A stretch of 45,204 nucleotides of DNA. Origin: Alphaproteobacteria bacterium. GTDB taxonomy: Bacteria; Pseudomonadota; Alphaproteobacteria; CADEGL01. The DNA is taken from contig JBGPGW010000001.1 in the NCBI GenBank assembly GCA_041484095.1, positions 1 to 45,204 on the forward strand, in the 5' to 3' direction. A program made the position numbers and the translations under genes. Numbering within the stretch: the stretch's first letter is position 1; each line of letters opens with the position of its first letter. Below are positions 1 to 7,230 of the stretch, in pieces. A model generated the notes under the pieces. The model was not told the origin of the DNA and did no database searches. It saw only the letters and a program-made list of their open reading frames with translations.

Positions 1-524
1 ATGATCAGGTCGATCGCGAAGTACTCGATGAAGAACTCCGCGTTGTGCTTCAGCGCCTGCTGGTAAAGCGTGTGCAGCATGGCGTGTCCGGTGCGATCGG
101 CCGCGGCACAGGTGCGCTGCGCCGTGCCCTTGCCGAAATGCGTGGTCATCCCGCCGAAGGCGCGCTGATAGACCTTGCCCTCGGGCGTGCGCGAGAACGG
201 CACGCCGTAGTGCTCGAGCTCGATGACGGCCGGGACCGCCTCGCGCACCATGTATTCGATCGCGTCCTGGTCGCCGAGCCAGTCCGAGCCCTTGACCGTG
301 TCATACATGTGCCAGCGCCAATCGTCCTCGCCCATGTTGGCGAGGGCGGCGCTTATGCCGCCCTGCGCGGCGACGGTGTGACTGCGCGTCGGGAACACTT
401 TCGAGACGCACGCGGTCCGGAGGCCCCGTTCCGCGAGCCCGAACGTCGCGCGAAGCCCGGAGCCGCCCGCGCCAACGACGACGACGTCGTACTCGTGATC
501 AATGACCGTATACGCCTTGGGCAT
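1..524 (-). CDS. sdhA: succinate dehydrogenase flavoprotein subunit SdhA, N-terminal part (gene runs off the left edge)
   Basis: Reverse translation from the ATG at 522-524 reads [26 protein letters not shown]...[17 protein letters not shown]...[28 protein letters not shown]. It has the GxGxxG FAD fold and the [10 protein letters not shown] covalent-FAD histidine motif of SdhA/FrdA. It lies 6 nt downstream of sdhD. It is not in the ORF track because it is open at the window edge. Confidence 0.95.
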   Translation of the reverse strand, partial: MPKAYTVIDHEYDVVVVGAGGSGLRATFGLAERGLRTACVSKVFPTRSHTVAAQGGISAALANMGEDDWRWHMYDTVKGSDWLGDQDAIEYMVREAVPAVIELEHYGVPFSRTPEGKVYQRAFGGMTTHFGKGTAQRTCAAADRTGHAMLHTLYQQALKHNAEFFIEYFAIDLI

Positions 525-530
525 GGACTC

Positions 531-926
531 TCAGCCTCCAAACGCGATCTTCAGAACGGCATAAACGGCCGCAAGGCCCAAGCCCAGCGCCGCGAACTTG
601 ACGGCCATGAGCGACGCGACGCGGAGCGCCGGCCGGTGCACATAGTCCTCGATCACGACCTGGAGGCCGAGCTGCGCGTGGTGAAACGCCGCGACGATCA
701 GGAGGATCATGAGGATGGCCGGCAGCGGCCGGCCGAGCCACGCCGCGACATCCTCCTGCGGCGCACCCGTGAGCGCCACCATCGATGCGACGAACCAGAC
801 CGAAAGCGGCACGAGCGCGACGGCCGTCAGGCGTTGCGCCCACCAGTGGGCGGTGCCGTCCTTGGCGGAGCCGAGATGACGGACACGCGCGAGCATGGAA
901 CGCCGCGATCCCGTCTCGAGAGTCAT
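531..926 (-). CDS. sdhD: succinate dehydrogenase membrane anchor subunit SdhD
   Basis: C-terminal 131 codons of ORF 531..1193, starting MTLETGSRRSMLARVRHLGSAKDGTAHWWAQRLTAVALVPL. It is a three-helix hydrophobic protein sitting between sdhC and sdhA. Its ATG (924-926) shares one base with the sdhC stop (TGATG). The 5' extension in the ORF track is Arg-rich shadow sequence. Confidence 0.85.
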   Translation of the reverse strand: MTLETGSRRSMLARVRHLGSAKDGTAHWWAQRLTAVALVPLSVWFVASMVALTGAPQEDVAAWLGRPLPAILMILLIVAAFHHAQLGLQVVIEDYVHRPALRVASLMAVKFAALGLGLAAVYAVLKIAFGG

Positions 927-1321
927 CACAGCGCCCCCATGATCGCGTAGCCGCACACCCAAGCCACGACCGTCAAGACGACGGCGCCAAGAGCGACCGC
1001 CCGTCCCGTGGCATAGGCGGTTTTCAGCTCGAACCCCCACCCCGCATCCCAACACAGGTGCCGGATGCCGTTGAGGAGATGGAAAAAGAACGCCAATGAC
1101 CAGCCGAACAGGACGAGCCGGCCGAGCCACGAGCCGGTGATCCGCAGGGCGCGTTCGTACTCCGCCTCGCCGCTCACCGCCGCAAAGAGCCAATAGACGA
1201 GCAGAATCGTTCCGGCAGAGAGCGCCACCCCTGCCAGACGATGAAGGATGGAGAGAACCGAAGTCAGCTGGGGGCGATAAATCTGAATGTGGGGTGAGAG
1301 AGGCCGTTCGTGGGAGTTCAT
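926..1321 (-). CDS. sdhC: succinate dehydrogenase cytochrome b556 subunit SdhC
   Basis: Internal start MNSHERPLSPHIQIYRPQLTSVLSILHRLAGVAL within ORF 926..1423. RPLSPHxxIY plus SxxHRxxG is the SdhC signature. It has three TM segments and is first in the sdhCDA order. Confidence 0.85.
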   Translation of the reverse strand: MNSHERPLSPHIQIYRPQLTSVLSILHRLAGVALSAGTILLVYWLFAAVSGEAEYERALRITGSWLGRLVLFGWSLAFFFHLLNGIRHLCWDAGWGFELKTAYATGRAVALGAVVLTVVAWVCGYAIMGAL

Positions 1322-1555
1322 CCGCCTGATGTCCGCTCTTCCGTTTCGACCGCCGCAGGGAAGGACAGGTCCGCCCGAGCGGTCGGCGATATCGGGCGGT
1401 CGAGGATTATGGCCCGCGACCAAGGCGAGTCAACGCGAGACAGCAGTCTAGCCTTATCCGAACATGCGTATCGCTCTCATCTGCGCATGGTGGACGCGCC
1501 GCTCATGCCGTCCTGGGCACGGCGTGAGCGGGTCCTGCCATTCCGCTGTGAATAA

Positions 1556-1588
1556 TTCTGTGGAAAAATTGTGGATCGAATGTTGGTA
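1556..1588. promoter_or_regulatory. three hexamers phased at 11 bp (TGTGGA 1559-1564, TGTGGA 1570-1575, TGTTGG 1581-1586) inside an AT-rich tract; candidate response-regulator or operator site
   Basis: Read directly from the sequence. The tract 1551-1660 has 41 G+C in 110 nt by hand count, in an otherwise high-G+C window. It lies about 240 nt upstream of the sdhC start codon. Confidence 0.25.
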
Positions 1589-2090
1589 ATCGCGAGTCTT
1601 ATGCACAAGAAAATCGCGTGAATATTGACGATTCTGTTGTGCCGTCAAATAAAACGAAGTAATCGTGACAGTACGCGACAGCGCCGGTGCAAGCGGACAT
1701 GACGCGCCATTCGAGGACTTCGTCCGAGACGGCGCCCGTGGCCGCCAACCCGGGAATGGGTTTCGGCCCATCAAGGGCCGATCGTCATTCGATGACGCGG
1801 TCCGTCCGTGGCAACGCGGATGGGTCGTGGGCCGGGCGGCTCGGTATCTGACGCGATGTGGGTTCTTTTGCGGCATCGGCATCGGAGTCCTCGTGATTTC
1901 GTATCGGTGTCGCGAATTGGTCCGCGCCCTTTGGGGCGTTGGCCGACGGGACCCGGCGGCTGGTCGTTCTCGTAGCGCGCAGCCGTTCGGTTCCGGTCCG
2001 TGCGACCCTGCGCGACGATGTGCCGTTTTCTTCGGAAGCGCATGTCACGCGCAACGGACTGCCGGCTCGTCCGGCGGGTTCGGGGGTGGC

Positions 2091-2119
2091 CATCCATCGT
2101 TCCGCGAGAACGATGGATG
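2091..2119. repeat. perfect inverted repeat with 12-bp arms and a 5-nt spacer (CATCCATCGTTC cgcga GAACGATGGATG); function unknown
   Basis: Arms 2091-2102 and 2108-2119 are exact reverse complements. No U-run follows on either strand, so it is not a classic terminator. Confidence 0.9.
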
Positions 2120-2537
2120 AAGACCGGAGCACAGGGGTCGGGGTCGTGTCTCCTTTTTCGGAAGGAGAACGCGATCACGGCGGCAGCGGCCCTCCTCCGC
2201 GGGAACGCTGCGCCCTGGTCGGCGGCGTCGGGACGATCGGGCGTCCGACCTGGTGGGTCGGGTCCGTGTGCTTGGTCTGCGCCTTCGGGTGCGGGCCGGC
2301 ATGAGCGGCACTCCTGCTCGGGGGATGTGCCGCACCGGAGCCGAGCGCCGACGCGGCCGGAGATCGCTCGGTCTTGCCACTGGGATACGGGATCGTGTCG
2401 GGTTCCGATTCGCTCGGAGGGGCCGCCTCGAAAGAGGCTCGGCCGACTGCGGCACCCTGTTCTAGCAAGGGACCTGGTGCCGATCAGATGGCAGACGCCC
2501 CGCCGCTGTTGCGACACGGAGCCCTCGCGGCTCCTGA

Positions 2538-2585
2538 GGCGCCGGGTGCCGGCTTCGCCGCCCATGCACCCGGCGCCTTTTCATT
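2538..2585 (+). terminator. rho-independent terminator-like hairpin on the + strand with no obvious upstream gene
   Basis: GGCGCCGGGTGC (2538-2549) pairs perfectly (12 bp) with GCACCCGGCGCC (2566-2577). The loop is 16 nt and is followed by TTTTCATTTATC. No A-run lies on the 5' side, so it is unidirectional (+). Confidence 0.5.
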
Positions 2586-2644
2586 TATCAAATCAGCGCC
2601 GCGTGGACAACAACATCCTGCGGGGATGACGACAACTTCACACT

Positions 2645-2678
2645 AAATGTTGCCAAGTTGGAAATGTTGCCAAGTTGG
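2645..2678. repeat. perfect tandem duplication of the 17-mer AAATGTTGCCAAGTTGG
   Basis: Copies at 2645-2661 and 2662-2678 are identical. Each contains the small palindrome CCAAgTTGG. They lie 66 nt beyond the stop of the minus-strand lyase gene. Confidence 0.95.
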
Positions 2679-2743
2679 GCGACGCGCAGGCCCAGCGCCG
2701 CATCGCCCGCCCGGCCCTCGCCTGAATGGCCGGCATTTCGAGC

Positions 2744-3622
2744 CTAGGCGTCGGCATCGCCCATCGCCGCGATCGCCCGCGACAAGGCGACGAGACGCTC
2801 GGCCTCTTCGACATGCAGCCGCTCGATCAGGCGGCCGTCGACGACAACCACGCCCTTTCCGGCGGCGCGCGCCGAAGCATGCGCCGCGATGATGCGACGG
2901 GCGAAATCCAGTTCCGATGGCTTGGGCGCGAAGGCTTCGTTCGCGGCCGCAATCGTCTTCGGATGGATCAGCGTCTTGCCATCGAATCCGAGTTCAGCAC
3001 CTTGGCGGCATGAGCCGAGGAAACCCTCATCGTCGGCGAGATCGAGGAACACGCCATCGAGAATGGCGAGGCCGTAGGCGCGTGCCGCGAGAAGACAAAG
3101 ACCAAGGCTGGTGATGACCGGCAGGCGCAGAGGCGTATGGCTCGCCCGCAGATCCTTCGCCAAGTCGGACGTGCCCATGACGAGACATCGAAGCGAGGCA
3201 TGCGCGGCGGCGACGTCGCGAACGTTGAGGACCCCGTACGGCGTCTCGATCATGCACCACAAGGCGAGATCGTCGGGCGCCCCGGCAGCCCGCAATTCGG
3301 CGGCGGCAAGACGGACGGCCTCGGCGCTCTCCACCTTCGGCAGCAGGATCGCGTCCGCGCCTGAGGCGGCCATCGCAGCCAGATCGTCCGCCGCCCATTG
3401 CGTTCCGAGCGCGTTGACCCGCACCACGATTTCGCGGGACCCGTAGCCGCCGGCCCGAACGGCGCGGGCGACTTGATCGCGGGCTGTCCCTTTCGCCTCC
3501 GGCGCGACGGCATCCTCGAGGTCGAAGATCAGAACGTCGGCCGCGAGGGTGCGCGCCTTCTCGATCGCGCGCGCATTCGAGCCCGGCATGTAAAGCGCGC
3601 TGCGGCGCGGACGCACGGTCAT
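2744..3622 (-). CDS. HpcH/HpaI aldolase / citrate lyase beta (CitE)-like CoA-ester lyase, malyl-CoA lyase/thioesterase-like
   Basis: Internal start MTVRPRRSALYMPGSNARAIEKARTLAADVLIFDLEDAVAPEAK...REIVVRVN...ILLPKVES...MIETP...GTSDLAKDL...FDGKTLIHPKTI. This is the typical CitE/malyl-CoA lyase motif series (292 aa). The upstream 83 codons in the ORF track overlap the pdxY promoter region and look spurious. Confidence 0.85.
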   Translation of the reverse strand: MTVRPRRSALYMPGSNARAIEKARTLAADVLIFDLEDAVAPEAKGTARDQVARAVRAGGYGSREIVVRVNALGTQWAADDLAAMAASGADAILLPKVESAEAVRLAAAELRAAGAPDDLALWCMIETPYGVLNVRDVAAAHASLRCLVMGTSDLAKDLRASHTPLRLPVITSLGLCLLAARAYGLAILDGVFLDLADDEGFLGSCRQGAELGFDGKTLIHPKTIAAANEAFAPKPSELDFARRIIAAHASARAAGKGVVVVDGRLIERLHVEEAERLVALSRAIAAMGDADA

Positions 3623-3736
3623 GAAGCGACTCTGGCCATCGGCGGTGGCGCCCGGCGGACGCACGTGCCGCGCGACTATAAAGGAGGGCAGTGCTGTGGC
3701 AAGCTCGGCGCCCGCTCCGGCCACGCACTCGAATCG

Positions 3737-4579
3737 ATGAATATCCTCTCGATCCAGTCCTCCGTCGTCTTCGGTCATGTCGGCAATTCCGCCGCCGTCT
3801 TTCCGCTTCAGCGGCTTGGATTCGAGGTCTGGCCGATCAATACGGTGACCCTGTCGAATCATCCCGCGCACGGTACGTTTCGGGGCTGCACGAACGAGTC
3901 ACACGACATCAACGAGCTGGTTCGCGGCCTCGGCGAACGAGGCGTGCTCCGGGACTGTGCGGCGGTGCTCTCCGGCTATCTCGGCTCGGCCGCGAATGGC
4001 GGCGCCGTCCTCGACGCCGTCCGCGCCGTCAAAGCCGCCAATCCGCAGGCGATCTATTGCTGCGATCCCGTCATGGGTGAAAGCGGGCGCGGCTATTACG
4101 TCGCTGCCGGAATCCCCGCGTTCTTCGCGGAACAGGCCCTGCCGCTGGCCGACATCCTTTTGCCGAACCGCTTCGAGATCGAAGTCCTGGCCGATCGCCC
4201 CTGCCCCGATCTCGCATCGAGCGCGGACGCCGCCGAATCGCTTCTCGCGAGGGGGCCGAGGCTTGTCGTCGTCACGGGACTTCCGATGGGCGAACGCCGA
4301 ATCGCCGCCGTGGCCGTGGACAGGGCGGGCGCCTGGGTCGTGGATGCGCCGCGTCTCGAGCTTTCCGCGCACGGCGCCGGCGATACCTTCGCCGCGCTGT
4401 TCCTCGGACATTATCTCAGGCGCCGATCGCCCGGGGTCGCGCTTGCCCGCGCCATGTCCGCGCAGCACGCGATCATGCGCGCGAGCGCAAGGCGGGGCGG
4501 CGCCGAGCTCCAGATCATCGCCGCCCAAGACGCGTTCGCCCGCCCCAAGACCCTGTTCAAAGCAAAACGACTGCGCTAG
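3737..4579 (+). CDS. pdxY: pyridoxal kinase PdxY
   Basis: ATG at 3737 in frame with ORF 3398..4579. MNILSIQSSVVFGHVGNSAAVFPLQRLGFEVWPINTVTLSNHPAHG...YCCDPVMGE...GAGDTFAALFLG closely follows the PdxY/ribokinase-fold pattern. The first 113 codons of the track ORF are antisense to the lyase gene. Confidence 0.85.
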   Translation: MNILSIQSSVVFGHVGNSAAVFPLQRLGFEVWPINTVTLSNHPAHGTFRGCTNESHDINELVRGLGERGVLRDCAAVLSGYLGSAANGGAVLDAVRAVKAANPQAIYCCDPVMGESGRGYYVAAGIPAFFAEQALPLADILLPNRFEIEVLADRPCPDLASSADAAESLLARGPRLVVVTGLPMGERRIAAVAVDRAGAWVVDAPRLELSAHGAGDTFAALFLGHYLRRRSPGVALARAMSAQHAIMRASARRGGAELQIIAAQDAFARPKTLFKAKRLR

Positions 4580-4651
4580 AGAAAGTGCCAAGCGCGACGG
4601 GCGGGTGACAAACTTGCCTCGACCGTTCGGAACAGTGGCGAACGGACGGAC

Positions 4652-5299
4652 ATGATCAGTTCTCTCTTCGGGACCGGAATCATCATCGGATTCGCCATCG
4701 CCGCTCCCGTCGGACCGGTCGGCGTTCTCTGCGCGCAGCGCACCATCACACGCGGCCCCGTCGCGGGCCTCGTATCGGGTTTAGGGGCCGCCATCGCGGA
4801 TTCGATCTTCGGCATGATCGCCGCCTTTGGCCTCTCGATCGTCGCCGAATGGATTTTTGAACACCAAATTTGGGTTCGCCTTGTCGGCGGAATCTTCCTG
4901 CTCGTGCTGGGCGTGCGCATCCTGAGAAAACGACCGCCCCATCCGGCCGCAAGCGCGCCCGTCAACGACGACGCGGTCAAGCACTTCGTGTCCACCTTCG
5001 TGCTCACGATCACGAATCCCATCACCATCCTGTCGCTTGCAGGCATCTTCGCGGCCTTCGGCGTCGTCGAACGCATCGCCACCCTCGCGCAGGGATGGAT
5101 TCTCGTCGCGGGCGTCTTGGTGGGATCGTCGCTGTGGTGGCTGCTGATCGCGCTGGTGGCCGGGCTGTTTCGCCGCTGGATCAGCCACGAGGGCATGCGC
5201 TACGTCAGCATGACCTCGGCCGGCATCATGCTGGCCTTCGGCATCTATGCGCTCGGCAGCGTCATTCCGGCGATCGGTGGCTTGTTGAGCGGGATGTGA
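4652..5299 (+). CDS. LysE/RhtB-family amino-acid exporter
   Basis: 215 aa with about six hydrophobic segments. N-terminus GIIIGFAIAAPVGPVGVLCAQRTITRG matches the LysE-family PxGP motif region. Confidence 0.85.
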   Translation: MISSLFGTGIIIGFAIAAPVGPVGVLCAQRTITRGPVAGLVSGLGAAIADSIFGMIAAFGLSIVAEWIFEHQIWVRLVGGIFLLVLGVRILRKRPPHPAASAPVNDDAVKHFVSTFVLTITNPITILSLAGIFAAFGVVERIATLAQGWILVAGVLVGSSLWWLLIALVAGLFRRWISHEGMRYVSMTSAGIMLAFGIYALGSVIPAIGGLLSGM

Positions 5300-5317
5300 C
5301 CCGCGCGCGGGCCGCGC

Positions 5318-6343
5318 TCAGGCGGCCTTGCGCATGTACGACTTGTCGAGAACTTCGGCGATTTGGACCGCGTTCAGCGCCGCGCCCTTGCGGAGATTGT
5401 CCGACACCACCCACAACGAGAGACCGTTCTCGACCGTCGGATCGGTCCGGATGCGGCTGACATAGACAGCGTCTTCGCCCGCCGCTTCGGCCGGCGTCAC
5501 GTAGCCTTCGTCGACGCGCAGATCGATGACCGTGATTCCCGGCGCGCGCTTGAGCGCCGCGCGCGCTTCCTCGACAGAAATCGGCTTTTCGAACTCGATG
5601 TTCACGGCCTCGGCATGGCTGATGAACACAGGGACGCGCACGCAGGTGGCGCTGATCTTGATCGAGGGGTCGAGAATTTTCTTTGTCTCCGCCACCATCT
5701 TCCATTCTTCCTTGGTCGAGCCGTCGTCCATGAAGACGTCGATGTGCGGAATGACGTTGAACGCGATCTGCTTCGTGAACAGCTCCCTCTTGATCGGATC
5801 GTTCACGTAGACCGAACGCGTCTGATTGAACAGCTCGTCCATCGCCTCGCGCCCGGCGCCCGAGACGGATTGGTAGGTCGCGACGACGACGCGCTTGATT
5901 CGTGCGATGTCGTGGAGCGGCTTCAGCGCCACGACCATCTGGATCGTCGAACAATTGGGGTTCGCGATGATGTTGCGCTTGCGGTAGCCCGCGATGGCGC
6001 CCGGATTCACTTCGGGCACCACCAGCGGCACGTCGGGGTCCATGCGGAACTGCGAGGTGTTGTCGATCACGATGCAACCGGCAGCGCCCGCCCGCGGCGC
6101 ATGGACGGCGGACACCTTGGCGCCCGGCGAGAACAACGCGATATCGGTGCCGGCGAAGTCGTAGCGATCGAGCGCCTCGACCTTGAGTTCCTTGTCTTCG
6201 CCAAAGGACACGCTGCGCCCGGCCGAATTGGCCGAGGCCAACGCCACGACCTCATCCGCCGGGAAATTGCGCTCGGAGAGGGTCTTCAACATCTCCTGCC
6301 CGACAGCGCCCGTCGCTCCCACGACCGCGACCTTGTAACCCAT
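5318..6343 (-). CDS. asd: aspartate-semialdehyde dehydrogenase
   Basis: Internal start MGYKVAVVGATGAVGQEMLKTLSERNFP...IIANPNCSTIQMVVALKPL...ATYQSVSGAG...RVPVFISHAE, 341 aa. The active-site NPNCST Cys motif is present. Confidence 0.95.
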   Translation of the reverse strand: MGYKVAVVGATGAVGQEMLKTLSERNFPADEVVALASANSAGRSVSFGEDKELKVEALDRYDFAGTDIALFSPGAKVSAVHAPRAGAAGCIVIDNTSQFRMDPDVPLVVPEVNPGAIAGYRKRNIIANPNCSTIQMVVALKPLHDIARIKRVVVATYQSVSGAGREAMDELFNQTRSVYVNDPIKRELFTKQIAFNVIPHIDVFMDDGSTKEEWKMVAETKKILDPSIKISATCVRVPVFISHAEAVNIEFEKPISVEEARAALKRAPGITVIDLRVDEGYVTPAEAAGEDAVYVSRIRTDPTVENGLSLWVVSDNLRKGAALNAVQIAEVLDKSYMRKAA

Positions 6344-6471
6344 GACCAACCGTCCCGCGTTTGACCGCCTGCGTTTCCAGTGTGAGATATGCAGCGCGGT
6401 ACCGTTTTGCAAGCGCCGCTTGCGAGAACGGCCTTGCTTAGGGACACTCAGCCCGAAGAAATCCTTAATCG

Positions 6472-7227
6472 ATGGCGACCAGAGAGACATACACCAATCG
6501 CATATCGCCCCCGTGCCCGGCCTGCGGCGGGCCGGCCGGCGCGCCTTATGGTGCCCACAAGGACTGGACCCTCCCCGAATGCAGCCGGTGCGGCCTGATC
6601 TATCTCGACCCCATGCCTGGCCCGGCTTTGATCGACTACATGTATTCCGACGCCTACGAGGACGCGACGACGAGCTATTTCGCGAAGGCCGGCAAAAAGC
6701 TTCGCCACGCGCGACGGGTCATGGCGCTGCTCGTGCGGGCGGTTCCCGGCGGACGGTTCCTCGACATCGGCTGCAATGGCGGCTTCATGGTCGAAGCGGC
6801 AAGGGAGAGGGGCTTCGAGGCCTACGGGGCCGATCCCGACCCCGTCTCGATCCGCTATGCCAGCGAGCATTTTCCCCTCGGGCGATTCGCCGCCGGCACG
6901 ATTGAAACCTTCGCGCCCGAAACACTGCGATTCGATTTGATCCAATGCTCGGAAGTCATCGAACACGTGCCGGACGCCGACCGTTTCATGGGCGCGATCG
7001 TCGAGCGTCTGAAGCCAGGCGGTCACGTCTATATCACGACGCCCGACATCGGCCACTGGCGGCGGCCGCGCAACCTCGTCGACTGGGACGGCTTCGCGCC
7101 GCCGGCCCATTGCCTCTATTTCCGCCCGGCGAGTCTCAGGGCCTTGGCCGAGCGCCACGGCCTCAGCGCCATAGAGACACGCTTCGCGTGGAAACCGGGA
7201 ATCAAGATGCTCCTCATACGGCCATAA
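6472..7227 (+). CDS. class I SAM-dependent methyltransferase with an N-terminal CxxC...CxxC zinc-ribbon
   Basis: CPACGGPAG...CSRCGLIYLDP, then the FLDIGCNGGF (motif I) Rossmann methyltransferase pattern. 251 aa. Confidence 0.8.
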   Translation: MATRETYTNRISPPCPACGGPAGAPYGAHKDWTLPECSRCGLIYLDPMPGPALIDYMYSDAYEDATTSYFAKAGKKLRHARRVMALLVRAVPGGRFLDIGCNGGFMVEAARERGFEAYGADPDPVSIRYASEHFPLGRFAAGTIETFAPETLRFDLIQCSEVIEHVPDADRFMGAIVERLKPGGHVYITTPDIGHWRRPRNLVDWDGFAPPAHCLYFRPASLRALAERHGLSAIETRFAWKPGIKMLLIRP

Positions 7228-7230
7228 GCC

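Noticed and set aside
1785-2468. Two minus-strand Pro/Ser/Thr/Ala-rich ORFs (2175..2468 and 1785..2132) in the same frame, separated by one TGA. They looked like a disordered protein or a selenoprotein-style read-through.
   Set aside because: Their second codon positions are the complement of G-rich positions in the + frame, which explains the xCx (Pro/Ser/Thr/Ala) bias as an antisense effect. There is no ATG start, no Shine-Dalgarno and no SECIS-like stem after the TGA. I kept this only as part of the gap-region finding.
2488-2646. A 52-codon + ORF (MADAPPLLRHGALAAPEAPGAGF...) considered as a possible small or RiPP precursor peptide.
   Set aside because: It runs straight through the 12-bp terminator-like palindrome, which itself generates the APGA...HAPGA symmetry. 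There are no Cys/Ser/Thr-rich core, no leader-like features and no neighbouring maturation genes.
2645-2678. Tandem direct repeats here and at 30518-30560, considered as a CRISPR or minisatellite array, or as a sigma-54 promoter.
   Set aside because: There are only two copies each, with no spacers (2645) or a 5-nt spacer (30518), and no cas genes, so this is not CRISPR. The GG-to-GC spacing in TTGGaaatgttGC is 9 nt rather than the 12 nt of a -24/-12 promoter.
3398-3736. N-terminal extensions in the ORF track for pdxY (from 3398), the lyase (to 3871), asd (to 6490), sdhC/sdhD, mtaB (from 24057), both EamA genes, pgk, rplS and both pentapeptide genes.
   Set aside because: The extensions overlap neighbouring genes or divergent promoters, have shadow-like composition, and begin upstream of family-typical N-termini that have their own start codons.
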